A stretch of 49,804 nt of DNA from a virus (lineage: Duplodnaviria; Heunggongvirae; Uroviricota; Caudoviricetes). Under the pieces are notes generated by a model. That model did no database searches. It saw nothing but the letters and a program-made list of their open reading frames with translations, and was not told where the DNA came from. The stretch spans positions 1 to 49,804 of IMG/VR virus record IMGVR_UViG_2579779034_000011. One strand, given 5' to 3'. Position numbers and translations under genes: made by a program. This document shows positions 1 through 8,023 of the stretch, in pieces; the first letter of the stretch is position 1, and each line of letters opens with the position of its first letter.

Positions 1-861
1 ATGGTTGACAATGTTTTTAAGAAGAAATTGGCATCAATTAAGAACGAACATGTGTCGGTGTTAGATAGTTACAAAGTAAGATCATTTAAAGAGACTCATA
101 GCGACACGGCCTGTATTGTGCGTATTATTGAAATATATTCACTGAATAAGCTGCGAGCTAAAGGTGAAAAGCTGTATTCACTTACGGGGTTAACAGTACC
201 TGATACGGAAACTGTGGCGAATGAGATCAACCTGCTCCTGAGCCGTTATGCCCAGTTGTGTCGTCAGGAAGAGGAAGAGTTATCTTTCCGGCAGCGTGAA
301 GTGACAAATGCGGAAGTTGCATGGAAAAGCACATTCTCAAAAAACGGCGTCAGTAGCATTGCTGAAGCCAAAACGAATAAAATGGGGCATGCTGAACGAG
401 CGGATGCTGAACGGTATTACCATCTGGCTGTTTCCCGGTTGAATGAACAACATAGTCGATTGAGCACGATCAAGCTTTTGCCGGGAGTACTGGCCGATGA
501 AGGAAACTACATTGGGAAGGGAATCGATAAGCGTTTACTGAATATATTTCCTCAATCCGGCCAGATCCCTGCTGATTTTATTTCTGTATTTAATGACAGT
601 GACGTTGTCCGTGATATTAAATTTATTACTGATGCACTCAAGTCTTTATCTGATTCCGTGAGTGAAATTATTAGTCGTTGTAGCGTTCCAACTGATCGTT
701 ATGTATTAAATAACGGTGGAATGGCAAGAGCTATGGCTTACAGGGAGTACTATCGAGCAGATAATTATGTATTACGTTCAGTCGTAAGTGACCGGGATTA
801 TGTTGAGCATGTAATGAAATACAATCTGGTTACTGAGTACAAAAATAAAATCTTTTCTTAA
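1..861 (+). CDS. hypothetical protein, possible scaffold-like partner of the downstream capsid gene (5' end may be cut by the window edge)
   Basis: 286-codon ORF beginning at window position 1; co-oriented with and 22 bp upstream of a P2-family capsid-like gene; no motif recognised. Confidence 0.45.
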   Translation: MVDNVFKKKLASIKNEHVSVLDSYKVRSFKETHSDTACIVRIIEIYSLNKLRAKGEKLYSLTGLTVPDTETVANEINLLLSRYAQLCRQEEEELSFRQREVTNAEVAWKSTFSKNGVSSIAEAKTNKMGHAERADAERYYHLAVSRLNEQHSRLSTIKLLPGVLADEGNYIGKGIDKRLLNIFPQSGQIPADFISVFNDSDVVRDIKFITDALKSLSDSVSEIISRCSVPTDRYVLNNGGMARAMAYREYYRADNYVLRSVVSDRDYVEHVMKYNLVTEYKNKIFS

Positions 862-883
862 ATACTTAAAAAGGTGAAAAACT

Positions 884-1888
884 ATGTATGCCTTCAAAAC
901 TGAAAGGCCGGACGCAGCACGTCGTTATCATAATAAATTCGTCACTGGCACTAACTATCAGGAAGAATCAAACAGACGCTTTGCATTAAGCGAACCTACT
1001 GAAAATATACTGCGTACCTCAATTCTGGAATCCGGGTGGCTTATTAAAAATATTACCCTACGTGATGTTAACGCCGTGTCAGGTAATGCCGTCAATATTG
1101 GTGCCAGTGAACTGTATACCGGACGTGTGGATGGTGGCCGTTTCCACAAAAAAATGGCAATCAATGGTACGGAGTTCTTTCTGACAGAGACGGATACCTG
1201 CGCCCGGATCAGCTATTCCGATATGTCTCATATTTACCATACCGGCGTGCCGGATGAGTTTGAGAAAACGGTTGAGAGCTTTTTTGCCCAGGCATATGCG
1301 CTGGACATGCTGCGGGTCGGTTTCAACGGTGTGTCGATTGCAAATACTACAAACCCGGAAATCAATAAAAAAGGCGAGGATGTCAATATTGGCTGGCATG
1401 CACTGGCGAAAGCCTACGGGAACGGAAAGCAAATCATCTCTGAGCCTGTCACTCTGGGAGAGACTGGCACCTGGAAAAATATTGATGCTCTGGCCAACCA
1501 TCTGATTACAGAGCTTATTGCTGAGCAGTTTCGTGAAGATCCTCGTCTGGTTGTACTGGTTGGGGCAGAGCTGGCAGCACATCAACGCCTGAAGTTATTT
1601 AATGCCGCAGACCGCCCGTCTGATGTGAATGCGGCACAGATGGCTACAAGTTCTGTTGCTGGCCGCTTTGCGTTTATTCCCCCGTTTATGCCGGGTAAGC
1701 GTCTGGCAGTAACGACGCTGGATAATCTGCATATTTACACTCAGGCGATAACACGCTGGTTTCGTGCTGAGTTTGATGATGAAAGCAGTGAATACGTGCA
1801 TTCCTACCTGCGCAATGAAGGTTATGCACTCGGTGAACCTGAACTGTACGCGGCTGTTGATGAGTGCACCCTGACGTTTGCGGATTGA
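884..1888 (+). CDS. P2-family (gpN-like) major capsid protein
   Basis: 334 aa; blocks LDMLRVGFNGV, VNIGW, FREDPRLVVLVGAELAA, TLDNLHIYTQ and C-terminal YAAVDEC resemble P2 gpN as I recall it; RBS-like AAAGGTGAAAA upstream. Confidence 0.6.
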   Translation: MYAFKTERPDAARRYHNKFVTGTNYQEESNRRFALSEPTENILRTSILESGWLIKNITLRDVNAVSGNAVNIGASELYTGRVDGGRFHKKMAINGTEFFLTETDTCARISYSDMSHIYHTGVPDEFEKTVESFFAQAYALDMLRVGFNGVSIANTTNPEINKKGEDVNIGWHALAKAYGNGKQIISEPVTLGETGTWKNIDALANHLITELIAEQFREDPRLVVLVGAELAAHQRLKLFNAADRPSDVNAAQMATSSVAGRFAFIPPFMPGKRLAVTTLDNLHIYTQAITRWFRAEFDDESSEYVHSYLRNEGYALGEPELYAAVDECTLTFAD

Positions 1889-1901
1889 CTTAGCGACAGA
1901 A

Positions 1902-1923
1902 AGACCCGCTCAGAGGCGGGTCT
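1902..1923 (+). terminator. hairpin after the capsid-like gene (terminator-like)
   Basis: inverted repeat AGACCCGC/GCGGGTCT 14 bp after the stop codon, followed by a weak T tract. Confidence 0.4.
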
Positions 1924-2085
1924 CGTTTACAGCATCAGGAAAAATGAAGAACTATTTTTAAGCAGAGGCTTAAGCATGCCAGCGTTAATTAATCCAGGCA
2001 ATGATCAGTTTTCGGTTATAAATTTCTTGCCTCACCAGGAATGCGCGGGATATAGTTTAAAGGTTGCCGCAAAATCGGCAGCCGG

Positions 2086-2111
2086 GCGTAGGAACCCGTG
2101 TTATCTGAAGG
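2086..2111 (+). promoter_or_regulatory. seqA-like box of a P4-type RNA immunity leader
   Basis: GTAGGAAC...TCTGAAGG; both blocks are complementary to the box at 2262..2288 on the same strand. Confidence 0.4.
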
Positions 2112-2261
2112 CGATACTACACGCGCTAGGCGTGTTTTTTTGTGTCGCAGCTTTGACTCACCTAAAATTTATGGTGTGGTGGCTGATTGTATTTTTTTAT
2201 TTTTTACGCCACATCATCAGAATTATGGTAGTCCAGGCGGGGCAGCTTTCGGGCTGGCCGG

Positions 2262-2288
2262 TATCCTTCAGAGCCGGTATTCCTACCC
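2262..2288 (+). ncRNA. candidate CI-RNA-like immunity RNA core (seqB-like); RNA ends not determinable
   Basis: CCTTCAGA...TTCCTAC is the reverse complement of both blocks in the upstream and downstream boxes. Confidence 0.35.
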
Positions 2289-2310
2289 CCGTCTGGGCTA
2301 CCACCCATGA

Positions 2311-2351
2311 GCGTAGGAACTCCGGTGGTAGCGTTACCCGCTATCTGAAGG
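2311..2351 (+). promoter_or_regulatory. seqC-like box overlapping the RBS of the first gene of the primase operon
   Basis: GTAGGAAC...TCTGAAGG repeated; the TCTGAAGGAGG segment contains the Shine-Dalgarno of the ORF starting at 2363. Confidence 0.4.
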
Positions 2352-2362
2352 AGGTTGCCATT

Positions 2363-2566
2363 ATGGCTACAGTCCCTGCTTTATCTCACCCTGAATTTAC
2401 CTTTGTCTTTCTGGCTGTCCGCCGTACAGACCGTGATGCCCGTCCACGCCCTGTGCGTGTAATCGCAGAATGCGAGCATGCTGCACGCCTTAAACTTGCC
2501 ACTGAATTTATCCTGAGCTTTGCTGCCCGTATCCCTGTGAAAAGAGCCGGGGAGGTGGTTGCATGA
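2363..2566 (+). CDS. hypothetical protein (first gene of the primase operon)
   Basis: 67 aa; GGAGG 8 nt upstream of ATG; stop overlaps the next start (ATGA). Confidence 0.5.
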   Translation: MATVPALSHPEFTFVFLAVRRTDRDARPRPVRVIAECEHAARLKLATEFILSFAARIPVKRAGEVVA

Positions 2567-2799
2567 AATCCATGAATTTTAAGCAAGGCTGCATATTGAG
2601 TGAACAGGGGGAGAGTCGTCTGTTACGGGCGGCACTGGCCAGTGAGTTTCTTGCAGAGGTCTTGTCCGTGCCCACAGTGAATGGAGCGAGAACTGTTTCA
2701 GCGGAAGGCGCTGCGGCTTTAGTGGCCTGTATTGCCGAACAACTGGATGGCGTTGTTAAGGAAACCAGCACAATTAAGGGAGTGATGCGCGATGAATAA
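2563..2799 (+). CDS. hypothetical protein
   Basis: 78 aa; start and stop overlap the neighbouring genes (translational coupling). Confidence 0.55.
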   Translation: MKSMNFKQGCILSEQGESRLLRAALASEFLAEVLSVPTVNGARTVSAEGAAALVACIAEQLDGVVKETSTIKGVMRDE

Positions 2800-3202
2800 T
2801 AATCAAAATTTAAAGGCGCATGCTTTACGAACAGCAGTCTTACGCTACTACATTGCTGATGCATTCATTTCCTTAATGGTGCGTGTTCATAATGAACCTG
2901 TTTATATTGAAGATGGCGAACGAATAGAACTCTCCCACGAAAAAGTGGTGAGTAATATTATTTACCATATTGAAATGCCGTGGGTGAATGAGTTTGGGGC
3001 TGATGCTGGTTGCATACTGGCCGCAGAGAAACTGGAAAAAATGCTTAAACCAGGCTTTATGTCAGAAAATATTCGCCTGTCAGTTTTTGGTGTCACAGAG
3101 ATGCGTGAGGTTTACCGGGATATTATTTTCGGAGCACCTGATGGCGAACTACCCGAAGGTTTTGAATTTGTGAAGCCGGAAGGTCAGGAGGTGCTGCTGT
3201 GA
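2792..3202 (+). CDS. hypothetical protein
   Basis: 136 aa; 8-bp overlap upstream, 4-bp overlap with the primase start. Confidence 0.6.
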   Translation: MNNNQNLKAHALRTAVLRYYIADAFISLMVRVHNEPVYIEDGERIELSHEKVVSNIIYHIEMPWVNEFGADAGCILAAEKLEKMLKPGFMSENIRLSVFGVTEMREVYRDIIFGAPDGELPEGFEFVKPEGQEVLL

Positions 3203-5886
3203 AAACACCGTCTGTATCCACGATTTCCGGAGCTGCAATTGGGCGCTGGCCTTATATCCTGTCAGCATTAGGTATTAAAGTACCGTCCGCAGGACATCAT
3301 GGGGCTTGCCCTGCCTGTGGTGGAAAAGATCGTTTTCGACTGGACGATAAAGCGGGGCGAGGGACGTGGTTTTGTAATCAGTGCGGTCATGGCGATGGTC
3401 TTGATCTGGTTCGTCTGGTGACAGGAAGAAAGATAAAAGAAGTCGCCGGGATGGTATCTGAGGCGCTTGCATTACCAGAAATACAGGAGAAGCCCGCATT
3501 GCCAGCCAGGAAAAAGGCCGCAGGAAAAGAAGCGGGCGCGGAGCGATATACCAGACTCAGACAGCAGTCCTGCAATGGTGAGCCGGTCTATCTGACAAAT
3601 AAGAGCTTACACGGGTATTCACTTCCCTTGCTGTCACAGCCTTTGAATCTGGCCGGAATAACATTTTCCACCGGTTCATTACTGCTGCCTTTGACGGATA
3701 TTTCCGGGAATATTACTGGTGGCCAGCTTATCAATCCTGACGGGGATAAAAGTCTGCTGCCCGGTAGCCAGCTGTCTGGCGCATTCATTGCCCTGACCGA
3801 TATACCCGCTGAAACACCTGAACAGGTGATTATCACTGAGGGTTTTGCCACGGCGCTTACCGTCAGTCTGCTGACTGAAGGATGGATCGTGGCGGCTGTC
3901 GCTGCCACCAATTTACTGAAGGTGACGGAGCAGATCCGAAAACGCTGGCCGGAAACCCGGATCATTCTGGCCGGAGATAATGATCTGGCTGACGGCAAAG
4001 AAAACACCGGGCGTATTCAGGCAGAGAAAGCCGCCAAAGCGGTGGATGGCTGGGTAACGCTCCCTCCGGTACGCCATAAGGCTGACTGGGATGATTATCG
4101 GCAGGAAGTGGGGAAAGAACGGGCGAGAGATGCCTTTCGTGAAGAAATGACGCTGCATGGCAAAGGGCAGACCCGTTTACCAGAAGGGTTCCGGCTGACA
4201 AAAGAATATTTGTGGTACGACAAGCTGGTTAATAAGTCTGATGGTGATACAGAGATACGTAATATCAAAATTTGCAGTCCGTTGCGGGTGACGGCAATCA
4301 CCAGTGATGCTGATGGAAGTAATTACGGGCGTTTGCTGGAATGGGAAGATACCAACGGAAACAGCCGTAAATGGGCAATGCCGATGGAGATGCTGGGCGG
4401 TAGCGGGGAAGAACTGCGCCGCGTTCTGCTGGTTAACGGGCTTTCTTACATCAACATTAACGGCATGGCCAGAGCATTCCTGATGGAATATATCTCGCTG
4501 TGTAAACCGGACAGAAAAGTAACCTGTGTGAATAAAACTGGCTGGCACGGCGGGGTTTACGTTCTCCAGGATGAAGTGATAGGGCGCGAAGCCCAGTCAG
4601 TCATCTTACAAACATCGAGTGTGCAGGGGCGTGATTTTCGTGTCAGCGGCACATCAGAGGGCTGGCGTGAAAATATAGGCCGTTATTGCATAAAGAATGC
4701 CCGTCTTGCCTTTGCGGTGAGTCTGGCATTTGCTGCCCCCCTTCTGAAACTGGTTGGTATCGGCGGTGGAGGTTATCACCTCAAAGGGGAATCCACAGAC
4801 GGTAAAACCACGACGATGAAAGTGGCTGCATCAGTATGTGGTGGAACAGATTTCTGGCATACGTGGCGGGCGACGGGGAATGCCTTAGAAGGAACGGCGA
4901 GCCGCCGCAATGATGCCACGCTGATGCTGGATGAAATCCGGGAGGTTGACGGCAGGGAGGCGGGAAATATCGCTTATATGCTGGCTAACGGGCAGGGCAA
5001 AGCCAGAGCCAGAACAGATGGTTCGGTAAGGGAAACCAACCGCTGGAATCTGTTGTTTCTGTCTACCGGGGAACTGTCACTGGTAGAGCATGCGGCAAGC
5101 GCCGGGGAACGTACGTATGCCGGGGTTGAGGTCAGAATGATCCAGATCCCAAGCGATTCGGGCAAGTATGGCGTGTTTGAAGAACTTCATGGCTTCAGTA
5201 GCGGGAAAACCCTGGCTGAGCATCTTGAGCAGCACGTAGCGCATTATCATGGTGCACCATTCCGCGACTGGCTGTATTGCCTGACCGCTGATCTGCCGGA
5301 ACTGACCAGTCAGGCGAAAGCCTTATTGAAAGAGTATACCCGAAGGCTGACGCCGGAAAATGCCGGGAATCAGGTTGGCCGGGCTGTTACCCGTTTTGCT
5401 CTGGTTGCGATGGCCGGGGAGCTGGCCACAAAAGCGGGCATCACAGGATGGCCGGAGGGAGAGGCCTTTCGTGCCGCTCAAAGCTGTCTGGCTGCATGGA
5501 TGGCTGACCGGGGCCATACAGCTAATCAGGAAGATAAAGCGGCACTTGAACAGGTTCGGGACTTCATGACGCGTAATCAGTTCAGTCGGTTTGCTGACTG
5601 GAATGACGACAGGAACCGGCCTGTTTCAATGATGGGATTCAGAAAAGTCGATAAAGGAGACAACGTGACAGAGCCGGTTGTGACGTTCTACGTTCTCCCG
5701 TCAGGCTGGAAGGAGATCTGTAAGGGATTTGACTCGCGTAAGGTGGCCAGGTTGTGTGTGGACGCGGGCTGGCTGAAACCCGGTGAAGATGGCCGGACGC
5801 AAAACAGCATTCGCCTGCCAGAAATAGGGCTTAAACGTGTGTACCAGTTCAATACACAGGTACTGGGAAGCGCTGAACCTGAGTGA
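3199..5886 (+). CDS. P4 alpha-like primase-helicase (Zn ribbon + TOPRIM primase + P-loop NTPase)
   Basis: 895 aa; CPACGG...CNQCGH zinc ribbon; EGFATA primase motif; DND acidic motif; Walker A GESTDGKTT; Walker B LMLDEI. Confidence 0.85.
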   Translation: MKTPSVSTISGAAIGRWPYILSALGIKVPSAGHHGACPACGGKDRFRLDDKAGRGTWFCNQCGHGDGLDLVRLVTGRKIKEVAGMVSEALALPEIQEKPALPARKKAAGKEAGAERYTRLRQQSCNGEPVYLTNKSLHGYSLPLLSQPLNLAGITFSTGSLLLPLTDISGNITGGQLINPDGDKSLLPGSQLSGAFIALTDIPAETPEQVIITEGFATALTVSLLTEGWIVAAVAATNLLKVTEQIRKRWPETRIILAGDNDLADGKENTGRIQAEKAAKAVDGWVTLPPVRHKADWDDYRQEVGKERARDAFREEMTLHGKGQTRLPEGFRLTKEYLWYDKLVNKSDGDTEIRNIKICSPLRVTAITSDADGSNYGRLLEWEDTNGNSRKWAMPMEMLGGSGEELRRVLLVNGLSYININGMARAFLMEYISLCKPDRKVTCVNKTGWHGGVYVLQDEVIGREAQSVILQTSSVQGRDFRVSGTSEGWRENIGRYCIKNARLAFAVSLAFAAPLLKLVGIGGGGYHLKGESTDGKTTTMKVAASVCGGTDFWHTWRATGNALEGTASRRNDATLMLDEIREVDGREAGNIAYMLANGQGKARARTDGSVRETNRWNLLFLSTGELSLVEHAASAGERTYAGVEVRMIQIPSDSGKYGVFEELHGFSSGKTLAEHLEQHVAHYHGAPFRDWLYCLTADLPELTSQAKALLKEYTRRLTPENAGNQVGRAVTRFALVAMAGELATKAGITGWPEGEAFRAAQSCLAAWMADRGHTANQEDKAALEQVRDFMTRNQFSRFADWNDDRNRPVSMMGFRKVDKGDNVTEPVVTFYVLPSGWKEICKGFDSRKVARLCVDAGWLKPGEDGRTQNSIRLPEIGLKRVYQFNTQVLGSAEPE

Positions 5887-5911
5887 TTATCGCGTGAGTC
5901 TTATTTTTATG

Positions 5912-6105
5912 AGGTAACACTGGTAACAGAGGTAACACCCGTTACTGATGCGGTTCTTCAGTGTTACCAGTCAAAAATACTGACTGGTAACAGAGGTAAC
6001 AAAAAATGGTGTGTTACCACGCGTTACCTCTTGATTTTGCTAACTGGTAACAGATTAAATCCTTTTAAATCAATAGCGTTACACGTGTTACCAGTGTTAC
6101 ACGTT
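5912..6105. repeat. iteron array, probable origin of replication of the P4-like element
   Basis: about 12 copies of heptamer GGTAACA/TGTTACC in both orientations, including an 18-bp direct repeat CTGGTAACAGAGGTAACA twice; immediately downstream of the primase-helicase gene. Confidence 0.6.
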
Positions 6106-6168
6106 CAGAACAAGAGGTAGGGATCCAAATCCCTTCTTCTGGCGGGCAACAGTATAGGGCACAGAACG

Positions 6169-6441
6169 ATGAAGATGATGAGAATGTACTGCCCCACATG
6201 TCAGGCAGTAGCACGGATAGGTAAAACAAACAGGAAACACCCACAACTGTACGATGTGTACTGCTATTGCTCTAATGTGGAGTGCGGTCACTCGTTTGTG
6301 ATGAATGTTGCTTTCTCCCATTCCGTTAGTCCAAGCGCGCTGAACGGGCAGGGAAGGGTTAAAGAGCTGATTGATGCAATTCCACCCGAGGAACGGGAAA
6401 AGGCTTTAAAGTTGCTGCTGGCTGCGCAAAAGAATGGGTAA
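6169..6441 (+). CDS. Ogr/Delta-family zinc-finger late-gene activator (start may be an internal Met at 6178 or 6187)
   Basis: C-x2-C-x22-C-x4-C spacing (CPTC ... CSNVEC) matching P2 Ogr CPLC ... CQNVNC. Confidence 0.65.
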   Translation: MKMMRMYCPTCQAVARIGKTNRKHPQLYDVYCYCSNVECGHSFVMNVAFSHSVSPSALNGQGRVKELIDAIPPEEREKALKLLLAAQKNG

Positions 6442-7120
6442 AGTATGCGTCGGGAATGGCCGATCTGTTCCCGGAACCTGAACACAGGATTTCAGTTTAT
6501 ACGGTCATAAAATTATTATTTTTCAACTGGTTATCTTCTTCATGTTTCACAAACCTTCATAAAATCACACACCTAAAATTAATTATCCATTTAATATCAT
6601 AGAGTTGCGTATTCAGGCCATAGATTCGACGGACAGTAAAACTGAAAAAAAATGAATTTCTTTTCATTCTTTTCAGTTCCTGTATCGCAGTACATCTCGA
6701 GGACTGGCACGGACTGGCGGTATCGTTTGTAAAAAATCCAGGCTGAAAATTTTTAGTGATATGAAAACCGCAGGCGGGTGCGGTGTAGTGCCGTTTTGGT
6801 CTGTCGAGCGTATATTTTCCTTTTTCACGATTGCTGCATATCAAAACGAATGTGCAGATATCAGGCCGTGTCAAACCGTGAATCGTGGAGCCTAAATGCC
6901 CAAACTACGTTTGTAGACCTAGCTAGGGGAAGGTTTCCACATATACTGCTACCTATCTTCCAGTCGCTGGTGAGGATCAAGGTAAGCTAACTGGTGAACA
7001 AGAAAAGTACTTTCGTATCTTGCGTACTCGTTTTTTTTGATTAGTATGTACAGGTAGTAACTGGATGGTGAGAATTCGTCATAACTTATCAAATTGCATG
7101 ATGTTTATAGAGTATGAGTA

Positions 7121-8002
7121 ATGAGTCATAATAAAAAGGAATATGCTAAATTTTTCCGTCGCCCCATTTTTTCATCCTTAGCAAAAGGTAAGGATATTTC
7201 GGATTTATTTGGGAGTTTTGATTCTTACTGCTATGAAACACTGTTTTCAAACAATGATAATAATGAACATGAGATTTCACTAAGGGATTTATTTACATCA
7301 TTATATGATTTTTTGCGTCTGAATTATAGAAATGAATATGTTTATAAGACAGCACTTGTCAATAAAATAATATTCGGTAAGCACAGCCCAAAAACAAGTT
7401 CGTCGTCCATAGAGTTACCAATTAAAAACTCTATAGTGGATGTTGCGGTGTTTAATGGTACGTCTACAGCTTACGAGATTAAGACAGAGTATGATTCACC
7501 AAAAAGGTTGATTACTCAAGCCCCTGATTATTTGGATGTTTTTGATAAAGTGTATATAGTTACACATCCAGAGTATGCAAGTAAATATTGTGCTTTAAAT
7601 CTCCCCAGAGTGGGAGTTATGGTTTTGAATAAAAAAGATCAATTGAGTGTCATTAAGGAGGCAGATTCAAATATTGATTATATTAAAAGTGACAGCTTGT
7701 TTTCAGTTCTTAGAAAGGAAGAGTTCTTAGCTATAATAGAAGATTACACTTCAACTAAAATAAATATGCCTAACGGATTGGTTTATGAATATTGTAAAGA
7801 GATATTCATGCAGATGCCATTAAACATAGCAAATAAATACTTTATCTCTGCTATGAAAAAAAGATGTAACGATAAAGTTTTTTTGGATTATATTTATTCT
7901 CTTCCAGCATGTTTACGTGTTTTAGGTTATGCAACACCATTATCAAGAAAGCAAAAAGAATTCATCATGAATTTGATGGATGTAAAAATTAAAATTTGTT
8001 GA
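7121..8002 (+). CDS. hypothetical protein, AT-rich cargo gene A; PD-(D/E)xK nuclease-like motif
   Basis: 293 aa; strongly AT-rich relative to flanks; acidic/Lys pattern E72 ... D107 (IVDVAVF) ... E119-I-K121 (AYEIKTE). Confidence 0.6.
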   Translation: MSHNKKEYAKFFRRPIFSSLAKGKDISDLFGSFDSYCYETLFSNNDNNEHEISLRDLFTSLYDFLRLNYRNEYVYKTALVNKIIFGKHSPKTSSSSIELPIKNSIVDVAVFNGTSTAYEIKTEYDSPKRLITQAPDYLDVFDKVYIVTHPEYASKYCALNLPRVGVMVLNKKDQLSVIKEADSNIDYIKSDSLFSVLRKEEFLAIIEDYTSTKINMPNGLVYEYCKEIFMQMPLNIANKYFISAMKKRCNDKVFLDYIYSLPACLRVLGYATPLSRKQKEFIMNLMDVKIKIC

Positions 8003-8023
8003 TATCCTCAGGAGTTGTAAGTT

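Larger units (their letters stand above)
1..6450 (+). mobile_element. P4-like satellite-type element, partial (left end outside window; right boundary uncertain)
   Basis: co-oriented capsid-like gene, RNA-immunity leader, alpha-like primase-helicase, iteron origin and Ogr-like activator. Confidence 0.5.

Noticed and set aside
1976-2566. 196-codon ORF upstream of the primase operon
   Set aside because: No RBS at its start and it spans the seqA/B/C-like boxes; only the last 67 codons (from 2363, with GGAGG RBS) look like a gene.
3275-5517. Multiple 60-140-aa antisense ORFs inside the primase-helicase gene
   Set aside because: They are embedded in a long gene with clear primase and NTPase motifs, have no RBS, and are typical frame noise in GC-normal DNA.
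5912-6105. Short repeat array considered as a possible CRISPR array
   Set aside because: Units are 7-18 bp in both orientations with no regular repeat-spacer periodicity and no cas genes; this fits replication iterons, not CRISPR.
6557-6990. ORFs of 105 aa (minus strand) and 70 aa (plus strand) in the non-coding gap
   Set aside because: No RBS, low-complexity translations, and they cross AT-rich/GC-normal composition boundaries.
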